In this document: one piece after another, positions 1 to 11,532 of the stretch
Layout of the letters: each line of letters begins with the position of its first letter
How positions within the stretch are numbered: the first letter of the stretch is position 1
Source of the DNA: an uncultured Methanoregulaceae archaeon
Lineage (GTDB): Archaea; Halobacteriota; Methanomicrobia; Methanomicrobiales; Methanospirillaceae
Length of the DNA stretch: 64,000 nt
Assembly: GCA_963705255.1 (NCBI GenBank)
Contig: OY970061.1
Span: forward strand, 2,208,001-2,272,000
Direction: 5' to 3'
Notes under the pieces: model-generated
The model's input: the letters and a program-made list of their open reading frames with translations, nothing else
What the model was told of the DNA's origin: nothing
Databases searched by the model: none
Program-made: the position numbers and the translations under genes

Positions 1-258
1 CGAGCCGAGCGTGAAGACCCCGAAGCCGGCATTGAACATCCGGCTCCTGCCATAGATGTCCCCTATCCGGCCGAGCTGGGTCGTGCAGACCGCGACGACA
101 AGGAGGTAGATCAGGATCATCCAGAGCGTGGTGATGAAGGTGGCATGCAGAGAATTGGAGATGGTGGGGAAGGCGAGGATAACGATGGTGGAGTCGAGCG
201 ACCCCATGAGCGTGCCGAGCATGAGGACGGATATGATGATCTTCTGCTTCGTGTCCAT
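1..258 (-). CDS. MFS drug/H+ antiporter (DHA2/EmrB-QacA-like), 5' part; continues off window
   Basis: Manual translation: MDTKQKIIISVLMLGTLMGSLDSTIVILAFPTI...LGRIGDIYGRSRMF, with MFS motif D1 (LDxTIV) and motif A (GRxxDxxGRxR). Not in the ORF track. Confidence 0.85.
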   Translation of the reverse strand, partial: MDTKQKIIISVLMLGTLMGSLDSTIVILAFPTISNSLHATFITTLWMILIYLLVVAVCTTQLGRIGDIYGRSRMFNAGFGVFTLGS

Positions 259-645
259 CCGGATCTCATGAAATATTACCGGGGCGTGTTAATGTACCTG
301 TCGAATGGATGGATGAAAAGGGAAAAACGGGTTTTAACGACGAACCTGCGGCGGGCGTCTGCGGTTCATTTTGTGATTTTCGCCTTCAGGCAGCACATGG
401 GCGCATTTTCGTCATGGTACTGCCATCAGGACCTTTGATCTCCCTGATATACCGTATCCGGGATACATCATGGAGGTCTTCAGCACCGTGCTCACGGACC
501 TTCGGGTGGATGGGGAGGAGTCCCCGCCGTTCTTTCATCCTTCCGTCTTAATAATGGTTTCCCGGAATAGTTTACTCAGGTCTGACGAGTAATTGCTCAA
601 TCTGCAGGATGAATTGGGATTCTCAAAAAAGATCGGGCAGGAGGA

Positions 646-939
646 TCAACCCCCTCCTTCACAGCTCTGGTCGATGTTTTTCAGCGCATCCTGCAGTCCG
701 CTTCCTGCAGCAAATTCCCGTTCGCGGGCAATGACTTTTTTTGCATCTTCAATGATGCCGGCGGCCGTTTTTTCCGAACCAGATGCCGGAACCAGCTGGT
801 CTATACGGTACAGGAGGCTGGTACTGTCCAGTTCGGCAAAGGTCTCGCCTCTCACCTGTTCGGTGCGCAGGATCTTGCCGGTAGTTCCGGTTCGCGGGTA
901 ACGCACCCGCATGCCGAGGGCAATCTCTTCTGCTAACAT
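646..939 (-). CDS. DUF2098-like conserved methanogen protein
   Basis: MLAEEIALGMRVRYPRTGTTGKI...LDSTSLLYR, acidic tail ending GGG. Start chosen at internal ATG. Confidence 0.65.
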   Translation of the reverse strand: MLAEEIALGMRVRYPRTGTTGKILRTEQVRGETFAELDSTSLLYRIDQLVPASGSEKTAAGIIEDAKKVIAREREFAAGSGLQDALKNIDQSCEGGG

Positions 940-1101
940 ATAGGAGAATGAGGTGTATTCGATCATATAAGGATTGTTGATCTGCCACCGCCAAAATGAT
1001 GTCATCACCGTTTGCCGGGGTCATGAAAGGGAACACAATTTGTGCGAGCTGGAACGTTGTTCTTAAAAAAATGTTATAAAAAAAGATGAGTTGCTAATTT
1101 A

Positions 1102-1628
1102 GGCTCCGGAGAAATCCTATTTTATCGTGCGATTTGCCTATATCCTTCGACATTTATTAGTGTGACCCCCTCTCTCAAGTCGAAGAACTCTGACGAGTTC
1201 TTCTTATCTTCGAGGTCCTGTTGAACCTCTTCGGAGATCGAAGAACCTGCCGGTTCTTCTCCAGCCTGCTTTTCCCTTCGGGAAGAGCAGTCTCCCCGGA
1301 GGGGGGAGGCAACGCAAGGGGATAATCCCCTTGAATCTCTGAGAGGTCTTCAGACCTCGAAGAGGAGAAGATTTACAAAGTAAATCTTCGACCCCGTTTT
1401 TTCGGGGGTTTTTCATCAACCTTCTGAGGGACTATCGCAATTTTGGAGGAGATCTGCCGTTGCCCAAGGCAAGGGCAGATTCAAGAAGATGCGAGAGCAT
1501 CTTCGCTGTGCCCTGGTGGCAGGCAATTCGAAGAACGCTGATGCGTTCTTCTCTTGTTTCCATGACTTTGTCATGTCGACGCACCCCCAAGAGCGTCAAT
1601 GAAGCAAGCCGATGATTTCTCCAGAGCC
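1102..1628. mobile_element. Non-coding hairpin-array element with terminal inverted repeats, copy 1 (MITE-like or structured RNA)
   Basis: TIRs GGCTCCGGAGAAATC (1102-1116) and GATTTCTCCAGAGCC (1614-1628), 14/15 complementary. More than 10 internal hairpins. Long near-identical stretches shared with 36252-36734. Confidence 0.8.
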
Positions 1629-4223
1629 CTATTTTATCGTCGTTCCCTGCATGACTGCTGATTCCGGGACGTCGAATGTTGTGCTGGTTCCCTCGATATG
1701 GTATGGCCCGGTGGCCTTCACGTCATACGGGTTACCGGTTGTGGAGTAGGGAACGATAAATTCGCCGTTGACGCTCGCCTGCCGGTACGTGAAGTTTCTG
1801 CCCGGTATTGGTGACAAGAGGAATATTGATGATCCCGCTGCCTTTGATGCGTGCTCCCTTGACATATTCAAATATTTTTACATATTTCAGGTCGTTTGCC
1901 GGCGAATTGAACACATTCGTTGGTGATTCATGGACGAGACGGTAATGGCTGAGAGCCGGGACGGTATCGAGGGGAAGAAGTACGGACACACCGAGAACGC
2001 TCGCGTGGTAACCAGCCTGTGCGTTCTGGTTATATTGATCAGCGCGGAGTGTCGCTTCTGAAACGTTCATTGCTGTTGCCGAAGTGATGACTGGAAGGGT
2101 TGCGTGGGCAATTCCAGGATCAACATATTCGATATAATAGGCGGATGAAGGCTCTGTCATCGAACCGTCGAAGTTGTGGAGTCTCGAGACCATAGTGAGG
2201 TAGTAGAGTTGTTTGTTGAGGAGGGTCGTCTGGTCACTCTGTGCACTGCTGTCTGTGGGTGCAAACATGGTTGTCTGGTATGGCTCGGTAGCAGCTGTCG
2301 CATTCAACCAGGTTGACATAGCCCAGAATTTGCCGGTATCCATCTCGATATCAGTGACAACATACCGGGTCCCGTCGTGATCGAGAATTGAATTTGCGGT
2401 ATCTTCAGATGTGGACATGAAATACGCTGCTGATCCATTCGGACCCGTAACACCCTCCTGGAACGGGTTGGCATTCGGAATGCGTTTCGCGATGTACGTT
2501 ATCATATGCCCGTAATCCCACCAGGACATGACCCCGTATGATTCCGGGGGATAGGTGAACGTCTTCGGGTCGTAGACCCCAAAGTAATTCACGCCGGGAT
2601 CCGGAGTGTTATTCCCCATCCAGGTAAGGGATTCCTTCCAGTCATCGTTCATCTTTGTGGGTATGGTAATGGCACTGGAGTAACTATAGGAAACGGACGT
2701 GTATACAAACAGGACCCCCAGCCCGGCCACGAGTACGATTAATGCTACGGCTGCATAATTGCTGACGGGAATGTCATCACTCTTCTGGGATTTTTTATGT
2801 TTTCTGCCCCGTGCCCCTGTGCCGGTATCCGGTTTTTTCGGGTGGGGATCCTTATTTTCTCCAGACAATGAACCCGCAAACCTCCGGATATCTGATTCTC
2901 CGAGCTCCCAGGCAAAACTGATACAGACTGCTGCAAGGAGAGCGACGTTCACAGCAAGGTAATATTCATACCGGACGTGCTGCCATGTCGAAAACAAAAT
3001 AATAACTGACCATACGAGTGCGAAGACATGGGCAGGACGCTCTTTGCGCACGTTGTTGAATATCATGACAACGAAGCCGCCGATCATCAGCAGCAGGCCG
3101 TAATTGAATGTCACCCAGGCGAGGTCGAGGGCCACCCCCGCGCCTCCTCCACGGTATTCGTAACCGGCTGCTGTCCAAAGAATGCAACCAGATCCAGAAT
3201 GAACAGATCGAAAATTTCATGGCTCACGAGAAACAGGACGGCGATACCAAGAATTACCAGCCCTGCCAGCGTCAAGGGATAATAATATTTCTTCCGCCCC
3301 TTGAGGTATTTCGCAATCAGGTAAAGTCCAATAGTCCCGAAAATAAGGAACAGGTAAGCGATGATATGCCCGACTGAGTAGGTTGCCAGATCGATACCGG
3401 TGCTGTTTTTGAATCCGAACAGCATGAGACCGATAATGGCTATCGTAAAAATAATTATATTGATAATAAGGAGATAATCGCTCGAACGGTTGCGGTAAAA
3501 ATCCACGATGAACTGGATGATGGTGAATACGCCGACAATCATCGCAAAGAGGATCATGGTCGGCATGAGGAAGAGGCCGAGGAGATACGCGATGCCGGCA
3601 AGAGAAGCCAACAGGGCAGTCTTTCTCCAGCTTGTGAAATCTTTCAGATTGATAGTTGCGCCATTCTCAGAATTGATCGCATAGATATACACGAGACAGA
3701 AGAGGGTTGAAAATAGCACTTCCCCTATGTGATGATCGAAATACCCGTATAACGATCGATAAAAATACTGGCCCGATACTATTGCCGTAAAACCCGATGC
3801 AAGAAGCCCGGTTTTCCAGTCCCCGCAGGCCTTCCCGACAAAGTACATGAGAGCCGTCACGAGGGTTGCCATAACGGGAGGTACGAGAAGACAGATGCCG
3901 ATAATTTCCGGCCTTGTCGTCGCCCCGAAAATCATGCAGGCAATGGCGGAAATATAAATAAAGAGAGGGCCCCAGTAGACCGTGGTGCCTGTCGGGTACA
4001 ATGTCATGGGGTCGAACCACTGGTAGGTGGGGAAGTTCACGAGAAGGTGTTCCACCTGACGCAGGTTGTATAACGGGTCATCGCTCCCCACCATCGACAG
4101 GATGTCGGTTTTTCCCATAAGGAACATGGGAACCAGGCGGATCCAGAGGGCAAAGAGAGAAAATAAAACGACCAGACCGAAAACCCAGTAAGTCCGGCGG
4201 CTTTTGAAATCTATTGATATCAT
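1629..4223 (-). CDS. aglB: Oligosaccharyltransferase AglB (STT3 family), split by two apparent frameshifts (~3132 and ~1802)
   Basis: Three consecutive ORFs carry SDDPLY, FDHH, TVEE, SWWDYG and ANPFQ motifs. Frames rejoin with single-base corrections (EARGW-x-LDLAW; VTNTG-RNFTYRQAS). Confidence 0.92.
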
Positions 4224-4286
4224 AAACTCAACCTGTATTGAGTATCAGGTTTTCCGTTGAGACCATTAATAGATTTGGATGAGTGC

Positions 4287-5420
4287 CTATAGCAGGCTCT
4301 GAAAAAGTTCTTCAAATTGCCGGGCCTTCTCTTTCCAGCTGTTTCTTTCAAGATTTATTGAAAACGTAGCAGGGTGGGTCATAAGATGCTTTACCTGTTC
4401 GATATATTCCTCCCGTGTCCGGTAAACAAAAAGGTTCGGCCCCCCGATCCTTTCCACATCGGGCATCGGCCGCATCAGGATTGGTTTGCCACAGGCAGAA
4501 TACTCGAAAAATTTGTTGGGAAGAGCAATATCTCCCCACCGGGGTGGTGAAAGCGGTATGGTGCAGACATCCATGCTGGCGATATACTTCGGGAGATCGT
4601 GGTAAGGTTTTGTCCCGGTAAAAATGACATGGTCAGCAACGCGCAGTTCCCGGGCAAGAACCTGCAACTCATGCAGGTAATCAGTGAACAGCGATCCCCC
4701 GACAACGAGGAGTCTGGTGTCGGGACGGTGACGGATTAATGTCGGAAGTGCCCGGATCATTTCGTCAATGGCATACCAGCGCTCGACACTCCCGCAGAAC
4801 CCGATCACGAAGTCGTCGGCCCCTATACCCAGTTCAGAGCGGGCCACGCTGCCGTCCATGGGCCTGAAGAAATCGGTATCGACACCATTGGTGATCAGGT
4901 CAGCTGAAAAACCAAACCCTCTCAGCTTTTCAACAAGTGATGGCGAAACGGTTGTTATTTTGTCAACAAGGGACAGGTTCCGTTTTGTTATGGCCCAGAC
5001 ACTTTTCCTTACGGTCTCCTGCAGAACACGGTTGGTAAAATACGCTGCAGCGGAGTCCGGGAACCAGTCTTTGAGGTCGAAAACAACAGGGACGTTCTGT
5101 TTTCCGGCTGCATGGATCACCGCGGTTCCGGCCAGTACGTGAGCGGCAACCACAAGGTCAAATTCACCGGTTTTCAGGATCCGGTCGAAAATGTAGTAAT
5201 GGTAAGGAGTGTTGAACGTGTAATGCAGGAGAGGGCGCTGCAACGGGAACAATGTTACCTCTTCAACCGTGAGGCGGGTCGGGCGTGGTACCGCTCTGCT
5301 GACGTGGAAGTGAGCAACATGAACATCATGCCTCAGTGCGATATCTTCGAAGATATTATGGTGCCGCGACGGTACCGGGTGGTGGATATAATCCTGGGAT
5401 GACACGAGAAGGATTTTCAT
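4287..5420 (-). CDS. Glycosyltransferase family 4
   Basis: GT-B fold signatures: NGVDTDFFRP and PNKFFEYSACGKP. Confidence 0.88.
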   Translation of the reverse strand: MKILLVSSQDYIHHPVPSRHHNIFEDIALRHDVHVAHFHVSRAVPRPTRLTVEEVTLFPLQRPLLHYTFNTPYHYYIFDRILKTGEFDLVVAAHVLAGTAVIHAAGKQNVPVVFDLKDWFPDSAAAYFTNRVLQETVRKSVWAITKRNLSLVDKITTVSPSLVEKLRGFGFSADLITNGVDTDFFRPMDGSVARSELGIGADDFVIGFCGSVERWYAIDEMIRALPTLIRHRPDTRLLVVGGSLFTDYLHELQVLARELRVADHVIFTGTKPYHDLPKYIASMDVCTIPLSPPRWGDIALPNKFFEYSACGKPILMRPMPDVERIGGPNLFVYRTREEYIEQVKHLMTHPATFSINLERNSWKEKARQFEELFQSLL

Positions 5421-5467
5421 AGGATTCTGGTCCCTGCAATGAAATACATCGGGTGTCCGCACCCGAT

Positions 5468-6070
5468 TTACCGGCGGTTGAGTTTCACCTGGCCCGGAAG
5501 ATCCCTGAGTCTTGCAGGAGAACCGATTGCCAGCATATGCTCCGGTACGTCCCGGGTAACAACTGCACCGGCGGCAACCATTGAACCTTCTCCGATACTG
5601 ACGCCCGGGAGCAGCGTTGCGTTGGCACCAATTGCTGCCCCGTCCCTGATATGCGGCCCCTGAAGCCCGCCAATCCCCGAAGGGGGATAACGGTCATTGG
5701 TGAGGACGGCATTCGGGCCGATAAAGACATGATTCCCGATACGGGCATTTGTCGGGACATATACCATACTCTGAAGGTTCACATCGTCCCCGATAATAGT
5801 GTTCCCCTCTATCACCGTCGCCGTTCCAATCGAGACCCGGTCCCCGATCCTCGTCTTCTCACGGATGATGACATTGTGTCCTGTCTGAAAGTCGTCTCCA
5901 ATAACGACATCGCAGTAGACGATGGTCTGGGACCTGATGATTGCATTCTTCCCGATCATAGTTCCGGTAAAGCCGGTTCTTGAAAAGTTGTCCCGGGAGG
6001 GAAAGCCGATCGTCACGGGTTCAAAGATCCGGGCGTTGGGGCCAACGGTATTTCTGCCATATTCGATCAT
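5468..6070 (-). CDS. Hexapeptide-repeat (left-handed beta-helix) sugar N-acetyltransferase
   Basis: Repeated IG hexapeptides, [20 protein letters not shown]...GSPA. Confidence 0.88.
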   Translation of the reverse strand: MIEYGRNTVGPNARIFEPVTIGFPSRDNFSRTGFTGTMIGKNAIIRSQTIVYCDVVIGDDFQTGHNVIIREKTRIGDRVSIGTATVIEGNTIIGDDVNLQSMVYVPTNARIGNHVFIGPNAVLTNDRYPPSGIGGLQGPHIRDGAAIGANATLLPGVSIGEGSMVAAGAVVTRDVPEHMLAIGSPARLRDLPGQVKLNRR

Positions 6071-7811
6071 TCAACGGTCACGCTCTTTGCAAGGTTTCTG
6101 GGTTTGTCGATATCACGTCCCAATGCAACTGCTGTATGGTAGGCAAGAAGCTGAAGCACTACCAGACTGGTAAGGATCTGGACAAAGACCGGGTCCGGGG
6201 AATAGCAATAAAAATATCTGCAATATCCGGAAGTTCTGCATCCCCATCACAACCTATGGCGATGACCGGTGCTCCGCGGGCTTTTATCTCCTTGATATTG
6301 GAGATCATGACACCGTATGTTTCCCCGGGTACGCAGAGTGCGATCACTGGTGTTGCCGGGGAGAGGAGCGCGAATGGGCCGTGTTTCAGTTCCCCGGCAG
6401 CATAGCCCTCGGCATGAATATAGGAAATTTCTTTCATCTTGAGGGCCCCTTCAAGGGATACTGCATAGAACGGGCCGCGACCTACATAGAAGATACTTCG
6501 GGCATGTTTGCAGGCGGCGACCGCTTCGGTGAGATCAAGGAGAAGGACCTCCTCAATCGCCTGGTGAGCATGCAGGAGTATATCGTCAAACTTTCTGTCG
6601 CACAGGCTGTTGATGAGCTGTATCAGCACTGCCAGCTGGGCGACGAATGACTTGGTTGCAGCCACGCTGATCTCCGGTCCGGCCCGCATAAACATGGTTG
6701 AATCTGCGATCCTGCTGACGGTACTCCCCAGAACATTGGTGATCGCTAAAGTCCTGCAGTTATGGGACTTCGCCTGTTTAAGGGCGGAGAGGGTGTCCGC
6801 AGTCTCTCCAGACTGGGAAATCCCGATCACGAGTCCCTCAACCGGTGGTGGGTAGTACTTGAATTCGGATGCAAACTCCAGACGTGCCGGAATTCCGCAC
6901 GTGTCCTCGAGAAGATATTTGAAGATGAGTCCGGCATGATACGATGTACCGCAGGCGACTATCGTTATGGACGGTGGTCGGTGGGAAGACCAGGGTATCG
7001 TATCGGAGTTCACTGCACGAATCGTATTGTAAAATGCCTGGGGCTGTTCATAAATCTCCTTGAGCATATAGTGTGCGAACCCGCCCTTTTTTACATCCTC
7101 GACAGACCAGTCTATCAATTCTACCGGCCGGGCCACACGCTCTTCCCGGTTAAAAACCTCGACCCCCGTCCGCTTCAGGGAAGCAATATCTCCGTCTTCC
7201 AGGAACATTGCCCGCTCGGTATGCTCGATGATGGGGGTCATGTCAGAAGCCGCGAAGATCTCCCCGTCACCAATACCGATCACCAGCGGACTTGCGTTTC
7301 TTGCAGCAATTATCCTGTCTTCGGAACTCGATATGACCAGGATGGCGTAGGATCCTTCGAGCTTGGGCACGACCGCCTGTACTGCCGCAAGGAGATCTTT
7401 TCTTCCCGGATATTCCTCCTCAATGAGGTGAACAATCACTTCAGTGTCGGTTTCTGAACGGAACGTATGCCCCCTTGAAAGGAGCTGGCGTTTTAACTCA
7501 GCGTAATTCTCGATGATCCCATTGTGGACAAGTGCAATGGTACCTGTGCAGTCGGTATGCGGATGGGCATTTACATCATTTGGGATCCCATGGGTTGCCC
7601 ACCTTGTGTGACCAATCCCTGTCTTACCCGTCAGCCGGGCAGCAGCGCCTGAATTTTCCGATATCCGTCCCTGGTGCTTGACAAGCGCAATGCTGTTTCC
7701 GGTCGTCGCGATCCCGAAAGAGTCGTAACCCCGGTACTCCAGTTTTTTCAGGCCTTCGACGATCAGAGGTGCAGCGTCTCTCCTGCCAACGTACCCTACG
7801 ATACCGCACAC
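6067..7811 (-). CDS. glmS: Glutamine--fructose-6-phosphate transaminase (apparent frameshift ~6198)
   Basis: N-terminal (M)[19 protein letters not shown]. The conserved C-terminus [13 protein letters not shown] is in the shifted frame, ending 6067 with an ATGA overlap onto the next gene. Confidence 0.95.
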
Positions 7812-7812
7812 G

Positions 7813-8967
7813 CTATATCACCATGGAGTTGTCCTGAATACTGCGGGACACGATACAACTTCGCCCTTCGATAGTGACACTGTTCCCGATTATGGAATTT
7901 TTAAAGGTCGTGAAAGGTCCGCTGACAACGGTATCCCCAAGGACCGCCCCGAATTCCGACCTGGTTACCTGCCCCTCAATTTCCATGAGTCCAACGCCGG
8001 TCGATGTGGAAGTATGATCCGCAAGCGCACACCGCTCTCCAATGACGGTGTCGATGATCCGGGAATGTGAACCGATGGTGGTATCGTCCATGATCACGGA
8101 ATTGCCGATACTGATAAACGGCTCGAGGGTAACCCGGGAGCCGATACTGGTATTGGGCATTATACAGGAGTTCGGGCCGATAGTGCAGTCATTCCCGATA
8201 ACAACCGGCCCGGTTATAACGGTGTTGGGCCCGATTGTCGTGCCCTTCCCGATACTGACCGTTCCCTGGATGATGGTCTGCCTGCTTGCCGTTCCTTCAC
8301 GTGCGGCAGGAATGTGGCAGAGGAGGCGCCGGTTCATCTTGAGAAGATCCCAGGAGAAGATTGCATCCTGCCAGTCATCTGCAGGGATTCCCTGCAGATG
8401 GATGCCATTTTCGATCATGGAGGATATGGCGTCGGTCAGATCATTTCCCTGAATATAGGAGAACACCTCTTTTTTCAGGCAATAAATGCCGGTGCTGACC
8501 ATGAAGCTCGGGGCATGTTCGGGTTTCTCGATAATCTGGGTCACCCGCCCCTCATGGAGCATAACCACGCCGAAGTTTGACGGGTTCGGATGTTCTTTTA
8601 CCAGCATCGAATCCGGGATATCCCTGATGCGTGCAATCGAGTTGGGGTCGATATAATTGTCCCCGGGAAGGAGAAGAAAATCTCCATGAATTTTTGATTC
8701 TGCGCATAAAAGGGCGTTTGCCGTCCCTAATTGTTTATCCTGGACGATTACATCGACCGATACGTCCAGCTGGTTTAAAAAACGGGTTACCTGTTCTTTG
8801 CGGTATCCTACGACAACAATAATCTCCCGGATCCCGTTTTTTACCAATGCGTCGATTACATATTCGATGATCGGGTGGTTGGCAACCGGGATCATCGCCT
8901 TGGGCCTTCCTCTCGTCAGGGGGCGAACCCGCTTCCCTTCACCTGCTGCTAAAATCACTGCCTGCAT
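7813..8967 (-). CDS. Sugar-1-phosphate nucleotidyltransferase with hexapeptide C-terminus (GlmU-like paralogue)
   Basis: LAAGEGKRVRPLT..RPK, EKP, C-terminal beta-helix repeats. Confidence 0.85.
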   Translation of the reverse strand: MQAVILAAGEGKRVRPLTRGRPKAMIPVANHPIIEYVIDALVKNGIREIIVVVGYRKEQVTRFLNQLDVSVDVIVQDKQLGTANALLCAESKIHGDFLLLPGDNYIDPNSIARIRDIPDSMLVKEHPNPSNFGVVMLHEGRVTQIIEKPEHAPSFMVSTGIYCLKKEVFSYIQGNDLTDAISSMIENGIHLQGIPADDWQDAIFSWDLLKMNRRLLCHIPAAREGTASRQTIIQGTVSIGKGTTIGPNTVITGPVVIGNDCTIGPNSCIMPNTSIGSRVTLEPFISIGNSVIMDDTTIGSHSRIIDTVIGERCALADHTSTSTGVGLMEIEGQVTRSEFGAVLGDTVVSGPFTTFKNSIIGNSVTIEGRSCIVSRSIQDNSMVI

Positions 8968-8975
8968 CTGAGTAC

Positions 8976-10175
8976 CTACCGGATTATCGCTTTATCACCG
9001 ATACAACCTTCGATAAATGAATTCGGCGCAAACTGTGCGTTACTCCCGATCATCGATCCAACATTGATCGAGCAGTTGATCCCGAACCGGACATCGTCCC
9101 CGATAACCGCGCCGAATTTTTTCCTTCGTGTGTCGTTCCCACAGACTCTGATGTTCCCATGGTCGTGGCGGAGGTTTGCAATCTTGGTCCCGGCACCAAA
9201 GTTGCAGCCGGCACCTATGATGGAATCCCCAACATAATTGAAATGCGGGATCTTTGTTCCGCTCATGATGACGGAATTCTTGATCTCGGAACAGTGACCG
9301 ATATGGCATTCATCCCCGACACTCGTTGTGCCGCGGATATAGGCATGAGGACCGATGCGACAGTTCCTCCCGATGATGCAGGGACCTTCGATATATGTCC
9401 CGGATTTGATGATACTGCCCTCTCCGATCATGACGGGTCCCCGGAGAGATACACCCTCTTCAACGGTTCCTGAGTTTCCTGGCCTGAGATCATCCATCAG
9501 AGTGGCATTCGCGTCAAGCATGTCCCACGGGTGACCGACATCCATCCAGTAGGACAGGTGGTACGAGTGCAGTTTCCGTTCTGCGACCAGCACATCGAGT
9601 GCATCCGTCAGTTCAAGTTCGCCCCGGGGAGAGGGACGCACCTTGCTGATGAGATCGAAAATATCGGGTGAAAAATGATATGCACCGGCATTGATCAGGT
9701 TGGATTTCGGTTGTTTTGATTTTTCTTCCAGCGAAATGACGAACCCGTTCTCCACCAGAACAACCCCATAATCCCCGGGATGGTCGGTTGTACTGATGCT
9801 CATGCAGGGCGACTCGGCACTGCAGAGGTTTGCAATATCCGGTGACCTGACGACCATATCCCCGTTCAGGACAAGAAACGGGCCCGTGACAAGATCCTGT
9901 GCTGCCCGGACGGCATCCGCTGTTCCGTACTGGTGGCGCTGCGGGGCGTATTCGATATGAATTCCCCACCCGGCACCGTCACCAAAATGCCTGCGGATCT
10001 CCCGCTCCCCATACCCCACGATAAAGATAAAATCCGTGATGCCGGCGTCGCGTGCCGCGAGAACGAGATGCTCCATCATGGGGCGGTTGGCGAGGGGGAG
10101 CATCACTTTCGGGCGTTTCGCGGTGAGAGGGCGCATCCGCTTTCCCTCTCCTGCGGCGAGAACGACGCATTCCAT
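8976..10175 (-). CDS. glmU: Bifunctional sugar-1-phosphate nucleotidylyltransferase/acetyltransferase (archaeal GlmU)
   Basis: LAAGEGKRMRPLT, SPRGELELTDA, HFNYVGDS, ANLRHD, RRKKFGA. Lies between glmM and glmS. Confidence 0.88.
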   Translation of the reverse strand: MECVVLAAGEGKRMRPLTAKRPKVMLPLANRPMMEHLVLAARDAGITDFIFIVGYGEREIRRHFGDGAGWGIHIEYAPQRHQYGTADAVRAAQDLVTGPFLVLNGDMVVRSPDIANLCSAESPCMSISTTDHPGDYGVVLVENGFVISLEEKSKQPKSNLINAGAYHFSPDIFDLISKVRPSPRGELELTDALDVLVAERKLHSYHLSYWMDVGHPWDMLDANATLMDDLRPGNSGTVEEGVSLRGPVMIGEGSIIKSGTYIEGPCIIGRNCRIGPHAYIRGTTSVGDECHIGHCSEIKNSVIMSGTKIPHFNYVGDSIIGAGCNFGAGTKIANLRHDHGNIRVCGNDTRRKKFGAVIGDDVRFGINCSINVGSMIGSNAQFAPNSFIEGCIGDKAIIR

Positions 10176-10198
10176 ACGTAAATCTCTTCCTGCAACGT

Positions 10199-11450
10199 TT
10201 AAGCAGTTTTCCCCTGCCGGATCCGTTCTTTGCCCTTTGCAAGCATCGCCTTTGCTTTCCGGAGAGTTTTCCCTTCTGCGGTTATGCGTATCTTGGGTTC
10301 TGTGCCACTCGCACGGATCAGGTACCAGCCATCGTCATCAGCAACACGCACCCCTTCGGTCGGGCTCGCCGCACCGAGAGCAGAGACTGTTTCCCGGGCA
10401 TGTTCGTCCGGGAACGATTCCCGGAGGACAGGGTAAGACGGCATGCTGTCGATCTCCTGTGCGGTGTCCCACGCGGAGGCGATCTCGCAGAAGAGTGCTG
10501 CTGCGTACGGGCCATCCGGGCAATAGGAGATATGCGGGAAGATCCACGCCCCGGAAGGTTCACCGCCGAAATCTCCCCATTCCAGAAGTTTTTCCGAAAC
10601 GTACGTATCCCCCACCGGGGTTCGCTGTACATCTGCGACCTCATCAATGATCATCGAAGCGTCACTTGTCGTGACCACCTGTCGTGCACCGAGATACCGG
10701 GTGAAGAGCATGAGGAGGTGGTCACCATCGATATACCTGCCTTTGTTGTCAAATGCCATCATCCGGTCAGCATCGCCGTCATGGACCACGGCACAGCTGG
10801 CTCTGGTGTTCTTGATCATCTTTCCTATATACCCGAGATGTTCTTTCAGGGGCTCGGATGGCCGGGCAAAATAGCCGGATGGGTTGCAGTTGATACAGAC
10901 CGGTTTTGCCCCGGCTTCCGTCAGGAGTGCGGGTGTCAGATTGCAGCCGGCGCCATTGCCGCAGTCCACGATTACCTCGATCTCGCGGGTGAGATGCACG
11001 TTATTTAGTATTGCATTTTTATGGAGGGTGAGGGGGTCGGTCTTTACCTCGACTCCTTGGTGCTGCCAGTCAGTCCAGTACCTGGGTCTTCAGCATCTCC
11101 TCCATCTCCAGCTGCTGGGGCCGGGTGAAGGATGAACCGTCCGGGTTGAAGAGTTTCAGCCCGTTGTAGTCTTCAGGGTTGTGGGAAGCGGTCACCATGC
11201 AGCCTGCCTGGACGATGCGTGTACCGAATGCAAGGGTGGGTGTCGGTACGACGCCGGCCAGATACGCGGTCCCCCCGCTTCCCAGGATCCCTGATACAAC
11301 GAGGTGCGCGAGCAGGGGACTCGTGGTGCGCGTATCCATGCCAACAAGAATATCAGAGGACTTCGAAGCGAGGGCAGACCCGACTTTCAGCGCAGTATCG
11401 GCAAGGGTCTGATCAAATTTCCTTCGTATCCCCGATGACCCGAAAAGCAT
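10199..11450 (-). CDS. glmM: Phosphoglucosamine mutase / alpha-D-phosphohexomutase (apparent frameshift ~11085)
   Basis: MLFGSSGIR, catalytic TASHNP, metal loop DGDADR, GGEPSG and RASGTEPK across two ORFs. Confidence 0.9.
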
Positions 11451-11532
11451 GATGATGTATTGGGCGGCAATAAAAAAGATTTTACCTCTCCTTTTGAGGA
11501 ACCGTGCACCTGCCTTGACCGTTCCGGCAGGA

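Noticed and set aside
646-660. C-terminal GGG of the DUF2098-like protein as a ubiquitin-like/SAMP tail
   Set aside because: No beta-grasp signature and no E1-like gene nearby.
1204-1419. Short ORFs inside element copies (also 34386-34682, 36232-36435, 36277-36471, 36494-36718, 36537-36758)
   Set aside because: Frames, starts and lengths are not preserved between copies and there is no protein motif; likely spurious.
1162-1604. CRISPR array interpretation of the recurring GAAGA/TCTTC units
   Set aside because: No constant-length identical repeats with unique spacers, and no cas genes; the units are palindromic hairpins of varying sequence.
7813-10175. Tandem glmU-like paralogues as a novelty
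   Set aside because: Paired nucleotidyltransferases within glmM/glmS clusters are a familiar euryarchaeal arrangement.
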